A stretch of DNA of 64,000 nt, taken from the NCBI GenBank assembly GCA_037620085.1, contig JASJMB010000042.1:20851-84850 (forward strand). Direction: 5' to 3'. Source of the stretch: Acidimicrobiales bacterium (GTDB lineage: Bacteria > Actinomycetota > Acidimicrobiia > Acidimicrobiales > Acidimicrobilacustridaceae). Positions 63,737-64,000 of this stretch are shown in pieces (positions within the stretch are counted from its first letter, which is position 1; every line of letters begins with the position of its first letter). The position numbers were made by a program, and so were the translations under genes. The notes under the pieces were generated by a model. The model had not been told where the DNA came from and did not search any database. It saw only the letters and a program-made list of their open reading frames with translations.

Positions 63737-63936
63737 CAAGAAGATTGGAACCGCATCGCAACATGGCTATGCGGAGTTGAGGTGCTGAGAGAAACCTTGA
63801 CCAGCACCGGTCTAATCCCGATTCTGACGGGATGGAGATGGCCATGAACAGGTCCCAAGGGAGAGTGAACCAAGGGGAGGACGTAATCCTCTGGGACTAC
63901 ACATCGCTACATCGGCTCACCTTTGCACCGATACGC

Positions 63937-64000
63937 CTACATCCACACGGAGTTAGACACGCCCTCGGCGCCCATGTAGACCACGAGCAATTTCACGATT
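63937..64000 (-). CDS. C-terminal end of a probable cupin-domain protein (starts beyond the window)
   Basis: Minus-strand frame reads IVKLLVVYMGAEGVSNSVWM*. Confidence 0.5.
   Translation of the reverse strand, partial: IVKLLVVYMGAEGVSNSVWM

Overview
A 64-kb stretch of a moderately GC-rich (about 58-60% by eye) actinobacterial chromosome, most consistent with Acidimicrobiia (inferred from gene order and the PxRxxDTR-type surface repeats). 1-45 kb is a rearranged version of the conserved actinobacterial mnmA-metE-like-ligA-gatCAB-ilvBNC-serA-leuA-leuCD/IclR-leuB-ilvE-cimA-gltX-tRNA-Gln region, interrupted by a vapBC toxin-antitoxin pair, metY, SDRs, serC, an aminotransferase, an S9 peptidase, ppx and greA. 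45-61 kb is an accessory catabolic block: five SDRs, SnoaL, APH-family kinase, TauD, LLM oxidoreductase, amidohydrolase, P450, and a MarR / His-for-Lys DegT-family enzyme / MFS module. A secreted GH43 protein follows. The most interesting signals are below the ORF-track cut-off. (1) Three short leader-peptide attenuators (ilvB: LVVL; leuA: LLL; leuB-ilvE-cimA: IVII) share one architecture: control codons, then Arg-TAG, a hairpin starting on the G of the stop codon, then an intrinsic terminator. One is an apparently isoleucine-sensing attenuator on the citramalate operon. (2) A 14-nt tRNA-Glu-like 3' end at 63.7 kb is fused to a recombinase-tail-like peptide, a probable att junction of an island extending beyond the window. 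(3) An orphan ColD-like enzyme sits in a MarR/efflux module. All calls are from motif recognition by eye; no database searches or folding were run.
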